A stretch of DNA of 64,000 nucleotides from Deltaproteobacteria bacterium (GTDB taxonomy: Bacteria > Myxococcota > Kuafuiibacteriia > Kuafuiibacteriales > Kuafuiibacteriaceae): NCBI GenBank assembly GCA_040218735.1, contig JAVJQW010000041.1, forward strand, positions 192,001 to 256,000. Direction: 5' to 3'. Position 1 is the stretch's first letter; each line of letters begins with the position of its first letter. Positions 26,262 through 36,180 of the stretch are shown here, piece by piece. Both the position numbers and the translations under genes were made by a program. The notes under the pieces are model-generated. The model worked only from the letters and a program-made list of their open reading frames with translations, searched no databases and was not told the origin of the DNA.

Positions 26262-28256
26262 TCAGAATTCGAGCTCTTGCAGACGGGTGTAAGTCGGGGC
26301 GTCCCGCGCGAGCTGCTGCTTCACCCCGCGCGCCTCGTCGACGCGGCCCCGCTGCGCCAGCGCGAGCGCGAGGTTGAACAGCGCGTCGGGGGTCGCCGCG
26401 CGCTCGAGGCGGAGGACCTGGTAGTGCTGGATCGCTCGGTCGATCTGCCCCGTCGCGTGGAGCAGCCGCGCGAGGTTGTACCGGGCCCGCGGCATCTTCG
26501 GGTCGAGCTGCACCGCGTAGCCGTAGGCCTGCTGGGCCGCCTCCGCCTCCCCCGCGAGCTCATGGATGTACCCGAGCGAGAACCACCCGCGCGCGTCGAG
26601 CCGACGGGCGTCGCGGAGGCGCTCGAGGATCGGCCGCGCTTCGTCGAGCTTTCCGAGCTCGAAGCGGGCGAGGGCGAGACCACGCTCGGCGTCGTCGAAC
26701 CCCGGCGCGATGTTCGCCGCGCGCGCGAAGGCGGCTTCGGCGCTCGCGTACCGCTCCCGGGCGAGGTCCAGCTCCCCGCGCCACAACGCGGTGTACACGT
26801 TGTTCGGCGCGACGGCCTCCGCCTTCTGCACGTGCTGCTCGGCGAGGTCGTACCGTTTGTCGAGCAGGTCGATCACCACGAGGTTCACGTAGCAGAACCC
26901 GTACCCCGGCCACTCGCGCGCGCACGCTTCGTACTCCCGCCGCGCTCCCGCACGATCCCCGCGCCCGAGGAGCGCCCGGCCGTAGTTCAGGTGAGCGCGC
27001 CCGTTGGTCGGCGCGCACGCGATGACGTCGGACCACAGCGAGTGTTCGTCCTTCCACACGCGGTTGCGCTGAGAGGTGGCGAGGATCATCGCCGCGACGA
27101 CGGCCGCGCTCGCGATCAGCGCGCCGCGACGCACGTGCGCGATCTCGATGCGCTCGCCGACGAGCCGGTTCAGCACCGCGAGCGTCGCCCAGACCAGCGC
27201 GGGCATCGCGACGTACACACGGTGCTCGGTGGCGGGCTCCGCGAGCGGGACGATGCTGTTGGTCGGCGACAGCGTCACGTAGAACCACACCACCGAGAAC
27301 GCGAGCACCGGCATGCGCCGCCGCGAGATCCACGCGACGGCGAGGAGGAGCACCGTCCAGAGGATGGCGCGCGCCGTCTCACCCTCCCACGGCACCTCGC
27401 TCCACCGCATCACGAGGTCCGCGCACAGATCCTCCGGCCACACGTACAGCGCCTGGTAGCGCTGCCAGACGCGGGTCTGCGTCAGCAGGTGGGACCACGG
27501 CGTGATGTGCGAGCGGGCCCCGCGCGCCGTCGCGCCGACGATCGACTCGTGCAGCCACGCGAAGCCGAACGCGATCGTCGCGAGGGGGACGAGGCGAGCC
27601 ATCCAGCGCTTGCGATCGACCTCGAGGAGGCGGTCCCGGTCCGGGCCGAGGAGGAGCTCCCAGGCGATGACCACCGCGATGATCGTGATCGCGAGGAGCT
27701 TGGTCCCGAGCGCGACGAGCAGCACGACGTTCGCGAGGATCAGGCGGCGGCGTTCGTGGGTGTCGCCGTCGCGGGCGCGGACGTAGAGGAGGAACGCGGC
27801 GAAGTAGAGCGCCGAGCCCATCAGCGACGAGCGCGCCGAGATGTAGTTCACGGGCTCGGTGAGGAGCGGGTGCACCGCGAACACCACGGTCGCGAAGTAC
27901 GCGGCGGCGGGGCGCTCGAAGAACCGGTACGCCAGCAGCCCCACGATCCACGCCCCGAGGACGTGGAAGAGCAGGCTCACCAGGTGATAGGCCCACGGCG
28001 CGCCGTCCCCCAGCGCGTGGGAGATCGCGAAGCTGGTCAGCAGGACAGGCCGGTAGGCGCGGTTCTCGGCGAGGGGCGAGAACGTCGTCACGTCCGTGAA
28101 GAAGCGCGGGACGTTCGCGAGGGAGGTCAGGTGGACGTTGTCCTCGATGCTGTGGCCGTCGTCGAAGTGGAACCCGTTGCCGAGTGAGTTCCCGTACGCC
28201 GCCACCACCGCGACCAGGGCGACGACGAAGAGCACGGCGGTGGACCGTCGCGACAT
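26262..28256 (-). CDS. TMTC/DUF1736-like GT-C membrane glycosyltransferase with C-terminal TPRs
   Basis: Y.NSL.NGFHFDD, YRPV, FAVHPL.TEPVNYISARS, EHRVY, RNRVWKDE..LW, multiple TPRs. Confidence 0.85.
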   Translation of the reverse strand: MSRRSTAVLFVVALVAVVAAYGNSLGNGFHFDDGHSIEDNVHLTSLANVPRFFTDVTTFSPLAENRAYRPVLLTSFAISHALGDGAPWAYHLVSLLFHVLGAWIVGLLAYRFFERPAAAYFATVVFAVHPLLTEPVNYISARSSLMGSALYFAAFLLYVRARDGDTHERRRLILANVVLLVALGTKLLAITIIAVVIAWELLLGPDRDRLLEVDRKRWMARLVPLATIAFGFAWLHESIVGATARGARSHITPWSHLLTQTRVWQRYQALYVWPEDLCADLVMRWSEVPWEGETARAILWTVLLLAVAWISRRRMPVLAFSVVWFYVTLSPTNSIVPLAEPATEHRVYVAMPALVWATLAVLNRLVGERIEIAHVRRGALIASAAVVAAMILATSQRNRVWKDEHSLWSDVIACAPTNGRAHLNYGRALLGRGDRAGARREYEACAREWPGYGFCYVNLVVIDLLDKRYDLAEQHVQKAEAVAPNNVYTALWRGELDLARERYASAEAAFARAANIAPGFDDAERGLALARFELGKLDEARPILERLRDARRLDARGWFSLGYIHELAGEAEAAQQAYGYAVQLDPKMPRARYNLARLLHATGQIDRAIQHYQVLRLERAATPDALFNLALALAQRGRVDEARGVKQQLARDAPTYTRLQELEF

Positions 28257-28347
28257 CGCGGCGTTTTTCGCACAGCTTCTCGGGAGGATCGAGTCGCCGA
28301 CGAAAGCGTTTCACCCTCCCGGTCGAAGTGGTTAAGGTCGGCGAAGC

Positions 28348-29370
28348 ATGGGTGGCCTCCACGTCTTCACGCTCGCCGGCGTGCCGGTGCACGTCTCGAT
28401 GTGGTTCTTCATCCTGCTCGGCTACTACGGCTGGAGCGCAGGGCTGCAGCGCGGGATGGTCTTCGGCCTCGCGGTGTGTGTGTCGATTCTCATCCACGAG
28501 TTCGGCCACGCGCTCGTCGCGAAGCACTTCAGGCTGTCGCCGTCGATCGAGCTGCACGGGTTCGGCGGGCTCACCCATCACCAGCGCGCGGACAGCAACC
28601 GCGACGACGTCCTGATCATCGCGGCGGGCCCCGGCGCCGGCCTGTTGTTCGGCGGGATCGTGTTCGTGGTGTCGCTCGTCTTCGGGCTGCGCGACATGTT
28701 CATGAACCCGTTCGTCGCGATGATCATCGGCGACCTGCTCTACATCAACATCGGGTGGAGCCTCGTGAACCTGCTCCCCCTGTGGCCGCTCGACGGGGGG
28801 CAGCTCTTCCGCATCCTGTTGCTCAAGTTCATGCGGCCCGGGCCGGCCGAGCGCGCGACGCACATCGTCGGGCTGATCGTCGCGATCGGCGCGGCGATCT
28901 TCGCGATGAACTACTTCGGGCGCGGCCTGGTGTTCATCCTCGCGGTGCTCCTCGGCTTCCAGAACGCGCGCGCGCTCGGGGACTCGCGGGCGTCGGGGCC
29001 GATCCGATCGTCGAACCGCTTCGCGAAGGGGCTCCTCAAGCGTGCCGAGGCGGCGTTCGAGAACCGCGACTGGGAGACGGCGCGGCAGCTCTGTCACCAG
29101 ATCCGCGCGGAGTCGAACATCGACGCCGGGACGCTGAACCGCGTGTGGACGATCCTCTCCGTCGCGACCGTCGAGCTCGGCCACTACGAAGAGGCGGCGA
29201 GCTACGTGCAACGTGCGAAGCTCGCGGGCCCGGTGGTGTTTGCGAAAGCGAAGGTGGTCGTGGCGCTCGAGCAAGCCGAGGAGGCGCGGGCGCTCCTGGA
29301 CCACCCCGGGGCCGCCAAGCTGCCGTCCTCCCTGCGCGACAACCTCGAAGAGATCGCGCGCTCCGCCTGA
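28348..29370 (+). CDS. Site-2 protease (M50 family) with C-terminal TPR-like helices
   Basis: HEFGH, AGP, NLLPLWPLDGG motifs. Confidence 0.92.
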   Translation: MGGLHVFTLAGVPVHVSMWFFILLGYYGWSAGLQRGMVFGLAVCVSILIHEFGHALVAKHFRLSPSIELHGFGGLTHHQRADSNRDDVLIIAAGPGAGLLFGGIVFVVSLVFGLRDMFMNPFVAMIIGDLLYINIGWSLVNLLPLWPLDGGQLFRILLLKFMRPGPAERATHIVGLIVAIGAAIFAMNYFGRGLVFILAVLLGFQNARALGDSRASGPIRSSNRFAKGLLKRAEAAFENRDWETARQLCHQIRAESNIDAGTLNRVWTILSVATVELGHYEEAASYVQRAKLAGPVVFAKAKVVVALEQAEEARALLDHPGAAKLPSSLRDNLEEIARSA

Positions 29371-29408
29371 GTGCAGGCGCCTACGATTCTCTGATAGCTT
29401 CGCGCGCG

Positions 29409-30929
29409 ATGTTGCGACGCGTGCTCCTGCTCTCCCTCCTCGCGGTCACCGCCTGCTCCGGCGAGGAGGACGACGACGACACCACCACCATGCGCGACGC
29501 GGGCGTCGAGGAAACCGACGGCGGCGAAACGGAGCGCGACGGCGGTGAGGCGCCGCGCGACGGCGGCGTCGAGCGCGACGGCGGGCCGGATCGCGACGGC
29601 GGCGCGGTGGACGGCGGCTGGACACCTCCGCAGTACAACCGCTGGCTCAAGTTCGAGCCGGACGGCGCGGCGTGCGCGAACGGTAGCCAGTACAAGTACT
29701 TCGTCAACTTCTCCGAGACGTCGGACGACGTGGTGATCTACTTCGAGGGCGGCGGCGCGTGCTGGGACTACGCGGGCTGCACGGGGACCGGCATCCGCTC
29801 GGCCGCGAACCGCGACGGCATCCCGGACGACCACGCGACGGCCTACGCGGACCTCGGTGGGTTCGCGATCCCGGTCGACAACGTGTTCCCGCTCCTGCAC
29901 CCGTCGGGCGACGTCAGCCCGATGGCCGAGTGGAACAAGGTCTTCATCCCGTACTGCACGGGCGACGTCTTCTCGGGCGACACGGTCGTCACGTACGAAG
30001 ACCCGGACAACAAGGAGCCGGACGTCGAGTTCCACCACGTGGGGCACGCCAACGTGCTGGCGACGGTCGATCAGCTCGCGGAGATCTTCCCGTCGATCGA
30101 GCGGATGCTCGTCAGCGGTTGCAGCGCGGGCGGCGCCGGCGCGGTGATCAACTATCACTTCCTGCGTGACGGCCTCTCACCGAACCGCGGCTACCTCCTC
30201 GACGACTCGGGTCCGCTGTTCCCCGACCAGGAGAAGACGTCGTGGTCGTTGCCGCTCCACGATCGGGTGCGCGCGGCGTGGAACGTGGACCCGCTGATCC
30301 AGTCGGCGCCGATGGCGAACGTGCTGGCGACCGACCTCGGCGCGCTCGCCGACATCCTCGCGCAGACGTACCCGAACGACCGCCTCGCGCACACGCACTT
30401 CCGGCTCGACTACAACTACTCGCTGTACTCGTACGAGCGCTTCTACACCCTCGGGAAGGGCGGCATCGCGACGTTCGGCGACGGCATGGGCCTCGGCGGC
30501 CTCGGCCTCGACGAGACCATCCCGGAGGACCGCGCGGCGGTCTACGAGATGTGGTGGGACGACACGGATCTGATGCGCGCGCAGTTCGACGCTCGGCCGA
30601 ACCTCGGCTACTTCATGCCGTTCTACCGCACGACCAACAGCAGCCACTGCACGACGATCCCCGGCATCGGCGAGTTCCCGGAGGACGAGCTCTTCGACCT
30701 CTTCCTCAACGACTTCAACACCCTCGCGTGGGCGGGCACCGAGCTCCCCGCGACGCTGGTCGGCGGCAGCACCACCGCGAACATCCGCGCGTACGTCGAG
30801 CACCTGCTCGACGACCAGATGCCGCTGCAGAGCTTCTTCGAAGTCGACGGCGAGGGCCGCTACCTCGCGTGCACGCCGGACCCGATGTACTTCGACGAGC
30901 AGATGTGCGCCGACGCGCACGTCGAATAG
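29409..30929 (+). CDS. Pectinacetylesterase/Notum-family lipoprotein hydrolase
   Basis: Lipobox AVTA-C, RDGG repeats, CANGS, FEGGGACW, PYCTGDVFSG, SGCSAGG, DDSGP; ATG at 29409. Confidence 0.88.
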   Translation: MLRRVLLLSLLAVTACSGEEDDDDTTTMRDAGVEETDGGETERDGGEAPRDGGVERDGGPDRDGGAVDGGWTPPQYNRWLKFEPDGAACANGSQYKYFVNFSETSDDVVIYFEGGGACWDYAGCTGTGIRSAANRDGIPDDHATAYADLGGFAIPVDNVFPLLHPSGDVSPMAEWNKVFIPYCTGDVFSGDTVVTYEDPDNKEPDVEFHHVGHANVLATVDQLAEIFPSIERMLVSGCSAGGAGAVINYHFLRDGLSPNRGYLLDDSGPLFPDQEKTSWSLPLHDRVRAAWNVDPLIQSAPMANVLATDLGALADILAQTYPNDRLAHTHFRLDYNYSLYSYERFYTLGKGGIATFGDGMGLGGLGLDETIPEDRAAVYEMWWDDTDLMRAQFDARPNLGYFMPFYRTTNSSHCTTIPGIGEFPEDELFDLFLNDFNTLAWAGTELPATLVGGSTTANIRAYVEHLLDDQMPLQSFFEVDGEGRYLACTPDPMYFDEQMCADAHVE

Positions 30930-31549
30930 GGGCGGTGGCCGATCTCCAACGCTCTGCGAGGGCAAGCACTCGGTCGGTGTCCAGCGCCAGTACGCGGGAA
31001 CACTGGGGCTTAGGCGACTGCACTGAGTTCCGCGCCGTGCTCCACAGGTGCTGCTTCGAATCGTCGCTGACGGCCCGCAGTGCAGGCGTGATGTCACCGC
31101 GCGGGCGCCGCCCTGTGCACCATCGACGATGTGCCCACGCGTCTACGAAGGGAACGGTGACCGGGTCGCCGTGCGCCGACGTCGGCCGCGACTTCACCGA
31201 AACGGCGGTGGTTCGCCAGCGGCCAAGGGCACTGCCGATCTCTTAGCGGACGGGCCTGCCTCGAGCCGCCATCAGGCGGCGAGGAGCGCCTCGACGTGGG
31301 GCAGCGCGCCGGCGCCGCGGAGCGACTCGTCCCTCGGCCGCCGTTTCGCCGGGCTGGTGAAGGCGGGGGTCCGCGGACCGCAGTGCTCCCAAGGACGGCC
31401 GCGCTCTCGAACACCGGCTCGTATCGCTCTCACGAGCCGCCCTCCGCGCGTGACGGCTGCGTCGGAAGCGCCTCACACCGCGGGCGCTCGGTACACGCGT
31501 CTTGCCTGGGCCGGGTAGAGCGGCGCTCGTGAATCCTCCGATCGATGAA

Positions 31550-31714
31550 GGCGCGACCCAACACCTCCCGCGCCGCGCGAAGGTTGTGCGCGCGACACAG
31601 CAAGCGCAGCTCGCCGGCTACGCTCTTGGCGCCCAGCGCGCGCGCGAACGGCCTGTTCTGGAGGCCGTGGTAACGTCTTGTCGCGAATTCGGGGAAGCGC
31701 AAGATGTCTTGCAT
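31550..31714 (-). pseudogene. Degenerate IS1182/IS5-like DDE transposase C-terminal fragment
   Basis: PEFATRRYHGLQNRPF..LGAKSVAGELRLLCRAHNLR resembles the IS1182 C-terminal consensus (EPVF..IK..lgfr.F..RG...V.gEw.L.c.ahNL.); no full ORF or IRs seen. Confidence 0.55.
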
Positions 31715-31873
31715 GGAGCGTGAATTCAGCTCCTTGTTTCGGTTCTGCGTGGAGGCACTCGGACTGACGGAGGACCAGGCCTGCCGGCGCGTCGCGGTAG
31801 TGTGAGCCGCCCAGCGGGTGCCCCAGATGTACGGGCGTCGCTTCGTCGACGACCGGATTCAACAAGTCCAGCG

Positions 31874-31905
31874 CCGAGCAACCCGGACCGGTCCGGGCAG
31901 CTCGG
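31874..31905. repeat. Extended inverted repeat/hairpin containing the perfect 16-bp palindrome CCCGGACCGGTCCGGG
   Basis: CCGAGC-AA-CCCGGACCGGTCCGGG-CA-GCTCGG read directly. Confidence 0.8.
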
Positions 31906-32075
31906 ACCGCCCTTCGGCGCGCGGGGCGAGCCGGCCTGGGTCGGGTGCCGGCGAGACCGGCATACGTCACGACCCATAGAGGTGCCGGTGATTGCGCGTT
32001 GTGTTGCTGGAGAACAAGATGGTTCGGACCCGGGGAATCAGTCCGGAAGAATCGTCGGCTCGCGCCGGGGGGCTA

Positions 32076-33182
32076 TCAGAAGAGGTGCCTCCCCTCGATG
32101 TAGAAGACCTGTTCCTCGTTCGAAAAACCCATGTCCGCGCGGACCACGATCAGGTCCTTCCAGCGCGCGCTGATCTCGAACCCCGCGCTGGGGCGTAGGC
32201 GGTCGATCCAGTCGCGCACCGGTGTGTCGTCCGCCACGAGGGAGACGTCGACGAACCCGCCGATGCCGAAGCTCAGCAGGTCGAGGATCGCCGGGAAGTA
32301 ATAGCGCAGCTCCTGGTTCGTCAGCGCCTTGTGTTTGCCGATGAAGCGCGACTCCGCGAAGCCGCGTTGGGTGAAGACGCCGCCGAGGCCGAAGGCGCTG
32401 CGGCCGCCGCCGATGCGCGCGAGCTCGTAGAAAGGGACGTCGCCGCCGACCGACTCCACCATCAGGCGGCCCGCGTACACGAAGTCGGAGAACGGCGAGT
32501 AGTAGAACGAGCCCTCCATCCCGATCCCTTGAAACGAAAACGCGCTCCCCAGCGGGCGGGTCGCGGCCTTGGCGTAGATCTGGAGGTACTCGCCGGAGGT
32601 GGGGCGCAGCTCGTCGTCGCGACCGTCGTGCACGAGGGCGCCGAGCGCGATCAGGAGGTGCCCGCCGTCGAACCCGGTGGGGCGCTCCAGCGCGAGGCGC
32701 GAGTCGTCGCGGTAGGTCGTGTGGGTGTACGCGAACGTCAGGCCGAAGCCCCAGCGCCAGGTGTCGTCGATGTCGTCGGAGAGGAACGACTGCATGCGCG
32801 GTTCGGTGAGCCGGTACTGGTTGAACGGGTCGCCGGGTTCGTCGAGGCGCGTGACGTTGCCGACGCCGAAGTAGTTCGCGTCGTCGATGCGCAGGACCTC
32901 GGTCAGCACGAACAGACGCAGCCCGAAGAAGGACGGCATGTCGAAGTAGAGCCAGTGCTCGTGCCGGTTCTTCGTGGAGTGGCGGAGCTTGACCTCCAGG
33001 AACCAGTCGAACTCGTCGTCGTCGCCGTACTCCTTGAGGATCGTGTGGACGCCGTACATGACGCCGATGTCGTTGTTGAACTTGAGCACCGGCACCGCGA
33101 GCCAGTCGAGGCCCTTGCCGGTGTCCGCAGAGGTCGAGGTTGCGGTCGCGGCCGCGAACAGAAGCAAGAGCGAAGCGGACAC
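32076..33182 (-). CDS. Omp85/BamA-TamA-family outer-membrane beta-barrel without POTRA domains
   Basis: Signal peptide, P...FNNDIG..YG, DGRDDELRPTSG, PFYEL..IGG, RGF.ESRF (VRGY-like loop), C-terminal F. Confidence 0.8.
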   Translation of the reverse strand: MSASLLLLFAAATATSTSADTGKGLDWLAVPVLKFNNDIGVMYGVHTILKEYGDDDEFDWFLEVKLRHSTKNRHEHWLYFDMPSFFGLRLFVLTEVLRIDDANYFGVGNVTRLDEPGDPFNQYRLTEPRMQSFLSDDIDDTWRWGFGLTFAYTHTTYRDDSRLALERPTGFDGGHLLIALGALVHDGRDDELRPTSGEYLQIYAKAATRPLGSAFSFQGIGMEGSFYYSPFSDFVYAGRLMVESVGGDVPFYELARIGGGRSAFGLGGVFTQRGFAESRFIGKHKALTNQELRYYFPAILDLLSFGIGGFVDVSLVADDTPVRDWIDRLRPSAGFEISARWKDLIVVRADMGFSNEEQVFYIEGRHLF

Positions 33183-33188
33183 GATGGC

Positions 33189-34205
33189 TCAGTCGAGGGA
33201 GGTCCCCAGGAAGAGGATGAGCGCGCTGCTGGGGTTCACGATCGCGCCGACCTGACCGGTGTTGCGACCCCACTCGGCGCCGATGCGGAGGCGCTCGCGC
33301 CAGTGTGCGTTGAAGCCGAGCCGGAACGCGACCGCGATGTCGTCGCGGGTGGAGGCGTTCGGGTCGATCAGATCCCCCGCGAGGAAGGGCTCCACTTCGA
33401 AGTCCTCGACGATCTCGAACCGCCGGCCGACCACGCCTCGCGCCGTGAACATCGTGGCGTCCAACCCCGTCTCCAACCCCGTCGCGCTCAGGAGTTTCAC
33501 GCGGCCGAGCTGCACCTCGCCCGCGGCGTACCAGCCCTTGCGATCGTAGGACACGAACACCGCCGCGAAGTTCCCGCGGCGATCGTCGGTCGCCGCGCCG
33601 CGCCGCGAGTAGCCGGTGACGGCGACGTAGAGCTTCTTCGCGAGGCGGAGGCGTACGAGCGCCGCGAGGTCCTCGGTGATCTCGTCGCCCTGCGGCCCGT
33701 ACGCGCCGAGCTGCACGTCGGGTTTGAGCGGGAGTGACTTGTCGCGCCACCGCACCCGCGCGCCGAACTTTCGACGCCCGAAGCCGAGGCGGTCACTCAC
33801 CACCTCGGACACCAACCCGCGCGTGAGCACCGGCATTCGCCAGCGGCTTTCCAGCTCGAGCACGCCGAACGGCGCCTTGTGCTGACCGACCCGGACGCTG
33901 AGCTCCTTGGTGGGCATCACCTGCAGATAGGCGTCGGCGAGGTCGGCGTTGGCGCCGCCGAAGTCGGGTTCGATGTCGACGCGGATCCAGTCGCCGTAGC
34001 TCAGGCGGGTCTTGAGTCGCGCGCGCTGCAGGTCCGACGACCAGCGCGTCTCGCCGCCGTCCGGGCGCCGGCCGCGACCGCGGATGTAGAGCTGGCCACC
34101 GAAGTCGATCGCGAAGCCTTCGTCGGCGACGGTCGACGATCGAATCTCGAAGGCGGATGCGGTCGCGGGGGTGAGGAGGGCGAAGAGCACCAACAGCGCG
34201 CGCAC
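33189..34205 (-). CDS. Phosphate-selective porin (OprO/OprP-like)
   Basis: Signal peptide (ASA-F), GGQLY.R, LQRARLK, LADAYL, VRVGQHKAPFG.LE; GTG overlaps upstream TAG. Confidence 0.7.
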   Translation of the reverse strand: MRALLVLFALLTPATASAFEIRSSTVADEGFAIDFGGQLYIRGRGRRPDGGETRWSSDLQRARLKTRLSYGDWIRVDIEPDFGGANADLADAYLQVMPTKELSVRVGQHKAPFGVLELESRWRMPVLTRGLVSEVVSDRLGFGRRKFGARVRWRDKSLPLKPDVQLGAYGPQGDEITEDLAALVRLRLAKKLYVAVTGYSRRGAATDDRRGNFAAVFVSYDRKGWYAAGEVQLGRVKLLSATGLETGLDATMFTARGVVGRRFEIVEDFEVEPFLAGDLIDPNASTRDDIAVAFRLGFNAHWRERLRIGAEWGRNTGQVGAIVNPSSALILFLGTSLD

Positions 34206-34900
34206 TACAGGTCCACCTCGTGCTGCCCGACGACGAGCGCGACCTTCTGGTTCCCGTTTTTCTCGCGCACGGCTTCCATCAGCTTCTGACCTTCGGACTC
34301 GTCCTTGAGGACGATGGCGTAGACCGCCTCCTGGAGCACGCCGCCGCTGACGGTCTCGGTGGAGATCAGCCGGAAGTCGGCGAGGTAACGCTCGAAGACG
34401 TCGAGGAAGAGGCGGTCGAGGTCTTGGTCGGCGGGGATGCGGACACGGAGGATGCGCTCCGTGATGCGTTTGTCGAAGAAGTCGAGCTTGAACATCAGCA
34501 GCGCGACGGCGCACAGCGCCACGGTCGCGAACGCCGCGAGCGCGTAGAAGCGCGTGCCGCACGCCATGCCGATGGCCATCACGAAGAACACGAAGCCGAC
34601 GTCGCGCGTCTCCTTCACGGCGTTGCGGAAGCGGACGATCGACAGCGCGCCGACCAGCGAGAACGCTCGCGCGAGGTTCGAGCCGATGATCAGCATGATG
34701 ATCGCGACGATCATTCCCAGCATCACGAGCGTCTGCGTGTACGACTGCGAGTAGGACGTCCCGCGGTGGGTCGCGCGGTAGGTGAGGCCGACGAGCGTCG
34801 AGAGCGCGAAGCTGAGCGCGAGGACGATCGCGACGTCGGCGAGCGTGAACGCCGTCGTCAGATCCTGGAACCGCTCCATCTCCTTGAGTAGCTCGTCCAT
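34205..34900 (-). CDS. DUF4956 family membrane protein
   Basis: SYSQSY.QTLVML, IGSNLARAFSLVGALSIVRFRNAVKETRD..FVF..MAIGMACG; soluble C-terminal domain. Confidence 0.9.
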   Translation of the reverse strand: MDELLKEMERFQDLTTAFTLADVAIVLALSFALSTLVGLTYRATHRGTSYSQSYTQTLVMLGMIVAIIMLIIGSNLARAFSLVGALSIVRFRNAVKETRDVGFVFFVMAIGMACGTRFYALAAFATVALCAVALLMFKLDFFDKRITERILRVRIPADQDLDRLFLDVFERYLADFRLISTETVSGGVLQEAVYAIVLKDESEGQKLMEAVREKNGNQKVALVVGQHEVDL

Positions 34901-34963
34901 ACCTTCTCGCTCCCGGGCTCAGCCGCTTCGATACGACGCAACCGAGCCAGCCCCAAGCAGTTT

Positions 34964-35680
34964 CTACGACGCCTCCTGCAGCCGCGCGAGCCCGGCGCAG
35001 TACTTACTGACGCGTGTGAGCTGGCAGCCGTGGCGCGTGAGCATCCGCGTAACCCACAGCGGGACGGCCTCGTCCGCCTTCACCTCCAGGATGACGCGGT
35101 CGGGCGGAGCGAAGAGTCGATCGCGCATCCCCTCGAGCAGCCCGTGGTCGGGGGCGCGCACCGACAGCGCGCGGTCGAAGGTGATGCGCAGCCCGGGCTC
35201 GTAGGTGCCGCCGATCCATGCTTCGCGCAGATAGGAGATCACGCAGGCGGGCTCGAGGTGGAGCATTCGCGCGAGGTACAGCACCTCCGAGAGGACCTCG
35301 CGATCGTCGGCGTCTTCGCCCTCGGGCAGCTCGTGGCGTTCGATGAGATCCGTCGCGGCGCGCAACGAGGTGCGAACCCGACGTTTCTGCACGGTGCGGT
35401 TGATGCGTTGTTTGATCTCCAGCGCGATCTTCGAATCCATCGACGCCGCAGCGTGCCCGTAAGTTCTTACGCGAACCTTGCGGCGGTACTTGATGCCCTC
35501 GACCTTCGAACGGAAACACACGAAGTCGGGGGAGTCGTAGTACAGGCTCGTGACTCGGTAGACGCCGTCGGCTCCGTAGGGATCGAGCGTCATGTTCACG
35601 GCGAGGTCTTCGGTCAGAGCCTTCGCGACCGCGTCGTCGATGACGAACTTGAGCTCGAACCGATTGAAGCGGCGCTTCAC
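34964..35680 (-). CDS. VTC-domain polyphosphate polymerase-like protein (CYTH/TTM fold)
   Basis: RFELKF, VTSLYYDSPD, RRKVRVRTY, LEIK, KRR, Y.REA, LRITFD, ILEVK, SKYC. Confidence 0.9.
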   Translation of the reverse strand: MKRRFNRFELKFVIDDAVAKALTEDLAVNMTLDPYGADGVYRVTSLYYDSPDFVCFRSKVEGIKYRRKVRVRTYGHAAASMDSKIALEIKQRINRTVQKRRVRTSLRAATDLIERHELPEGEDADDREVLSEVLYLARMLHLEPACVISYLREAWIGGTYEPGLRITFDRALSVRAPDHGLLEGMRDRLFAPPDRVILEVKADEAVPLWVTRMLTRHGCQLTRVSKYCAGLARLQEAS

Positions 35681-36180
35681 GGGACGGTCTCGACGCGCAC
35701 CGCATTGCGGCGCTTCTTCTTGGGGAAGCGGAGCTCGATGAGTTGCGGGAAGCGGTCGTCGGGCGCCGTGAAGACGAACGGCGTGTCGGGCGTCGCTTCA
35801 CCTTTGGCCTTGGTCTTCCCCGCGCGTACCCGCACGCGGACGTCCTCGCGCGCGTGCACGCGGACCGTCTTGGGATCCGCAGCGCTGCGGCGGATGAGAT
35901 AGGCGAACTTGGCGTCGATGTGGCCGCGGTCGTTCGGGCTGATGATGCCGAAGCTGCGCCCCTCGACGAGGTTGTCCGCGAGGGGCGGGTGGCGGCGCAA
36001 GGCGTCTTGCAAGAGGCGCCGCTCGTCGGCGTCGAGTCGACCGCGGGCGCCGGACTCCAGGTCGATCGTGATCTGCCACGCGGCGTCGAGCGGCGGGGTG
36101 GCGGCCGCCCAGGCGAAGAACGCGACGACGCCGACCGCGACGAGGATCAGGTAGACGAAGCCGACGCTGGGGCGGGTCAC
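35677..36180 (-). CDS. Hypothetical N-terminally anchored periplasmic protein
   Basis: Single N-terminal TM; GTGA overlaps with both neighbours. Confidence 0.7.
   Translation of the reverse strand: MTRPSVGFVYLILVAVGVVAFFAWAAATPPLDAAWQITIDLESGARGRLDADERRLLQDALRRHPPLADNLVEGRSFGIISPNDRGHIDAKFAYLIRRSAADPKTVRVHAREDVRVRVRAGKTKAKGEATPDTPFVFTAPDDRFPQLIELRFPKKKRRNAVRVETVP

Noticed and set aside
31927-31990. GAGCCG... hairpin resembling group II intron domain V
   Set aside because: Stem length and bulge do not match domain V, and there is no RT/maturase or domain VI
30930-32075. CRISPR array, tRNA or tmRNA in the large intergenic gap
   Set aside because: No regularly spaced direct repeats, no cloverleaf with convincing D/T-loop pairing, no cas or integrase genes
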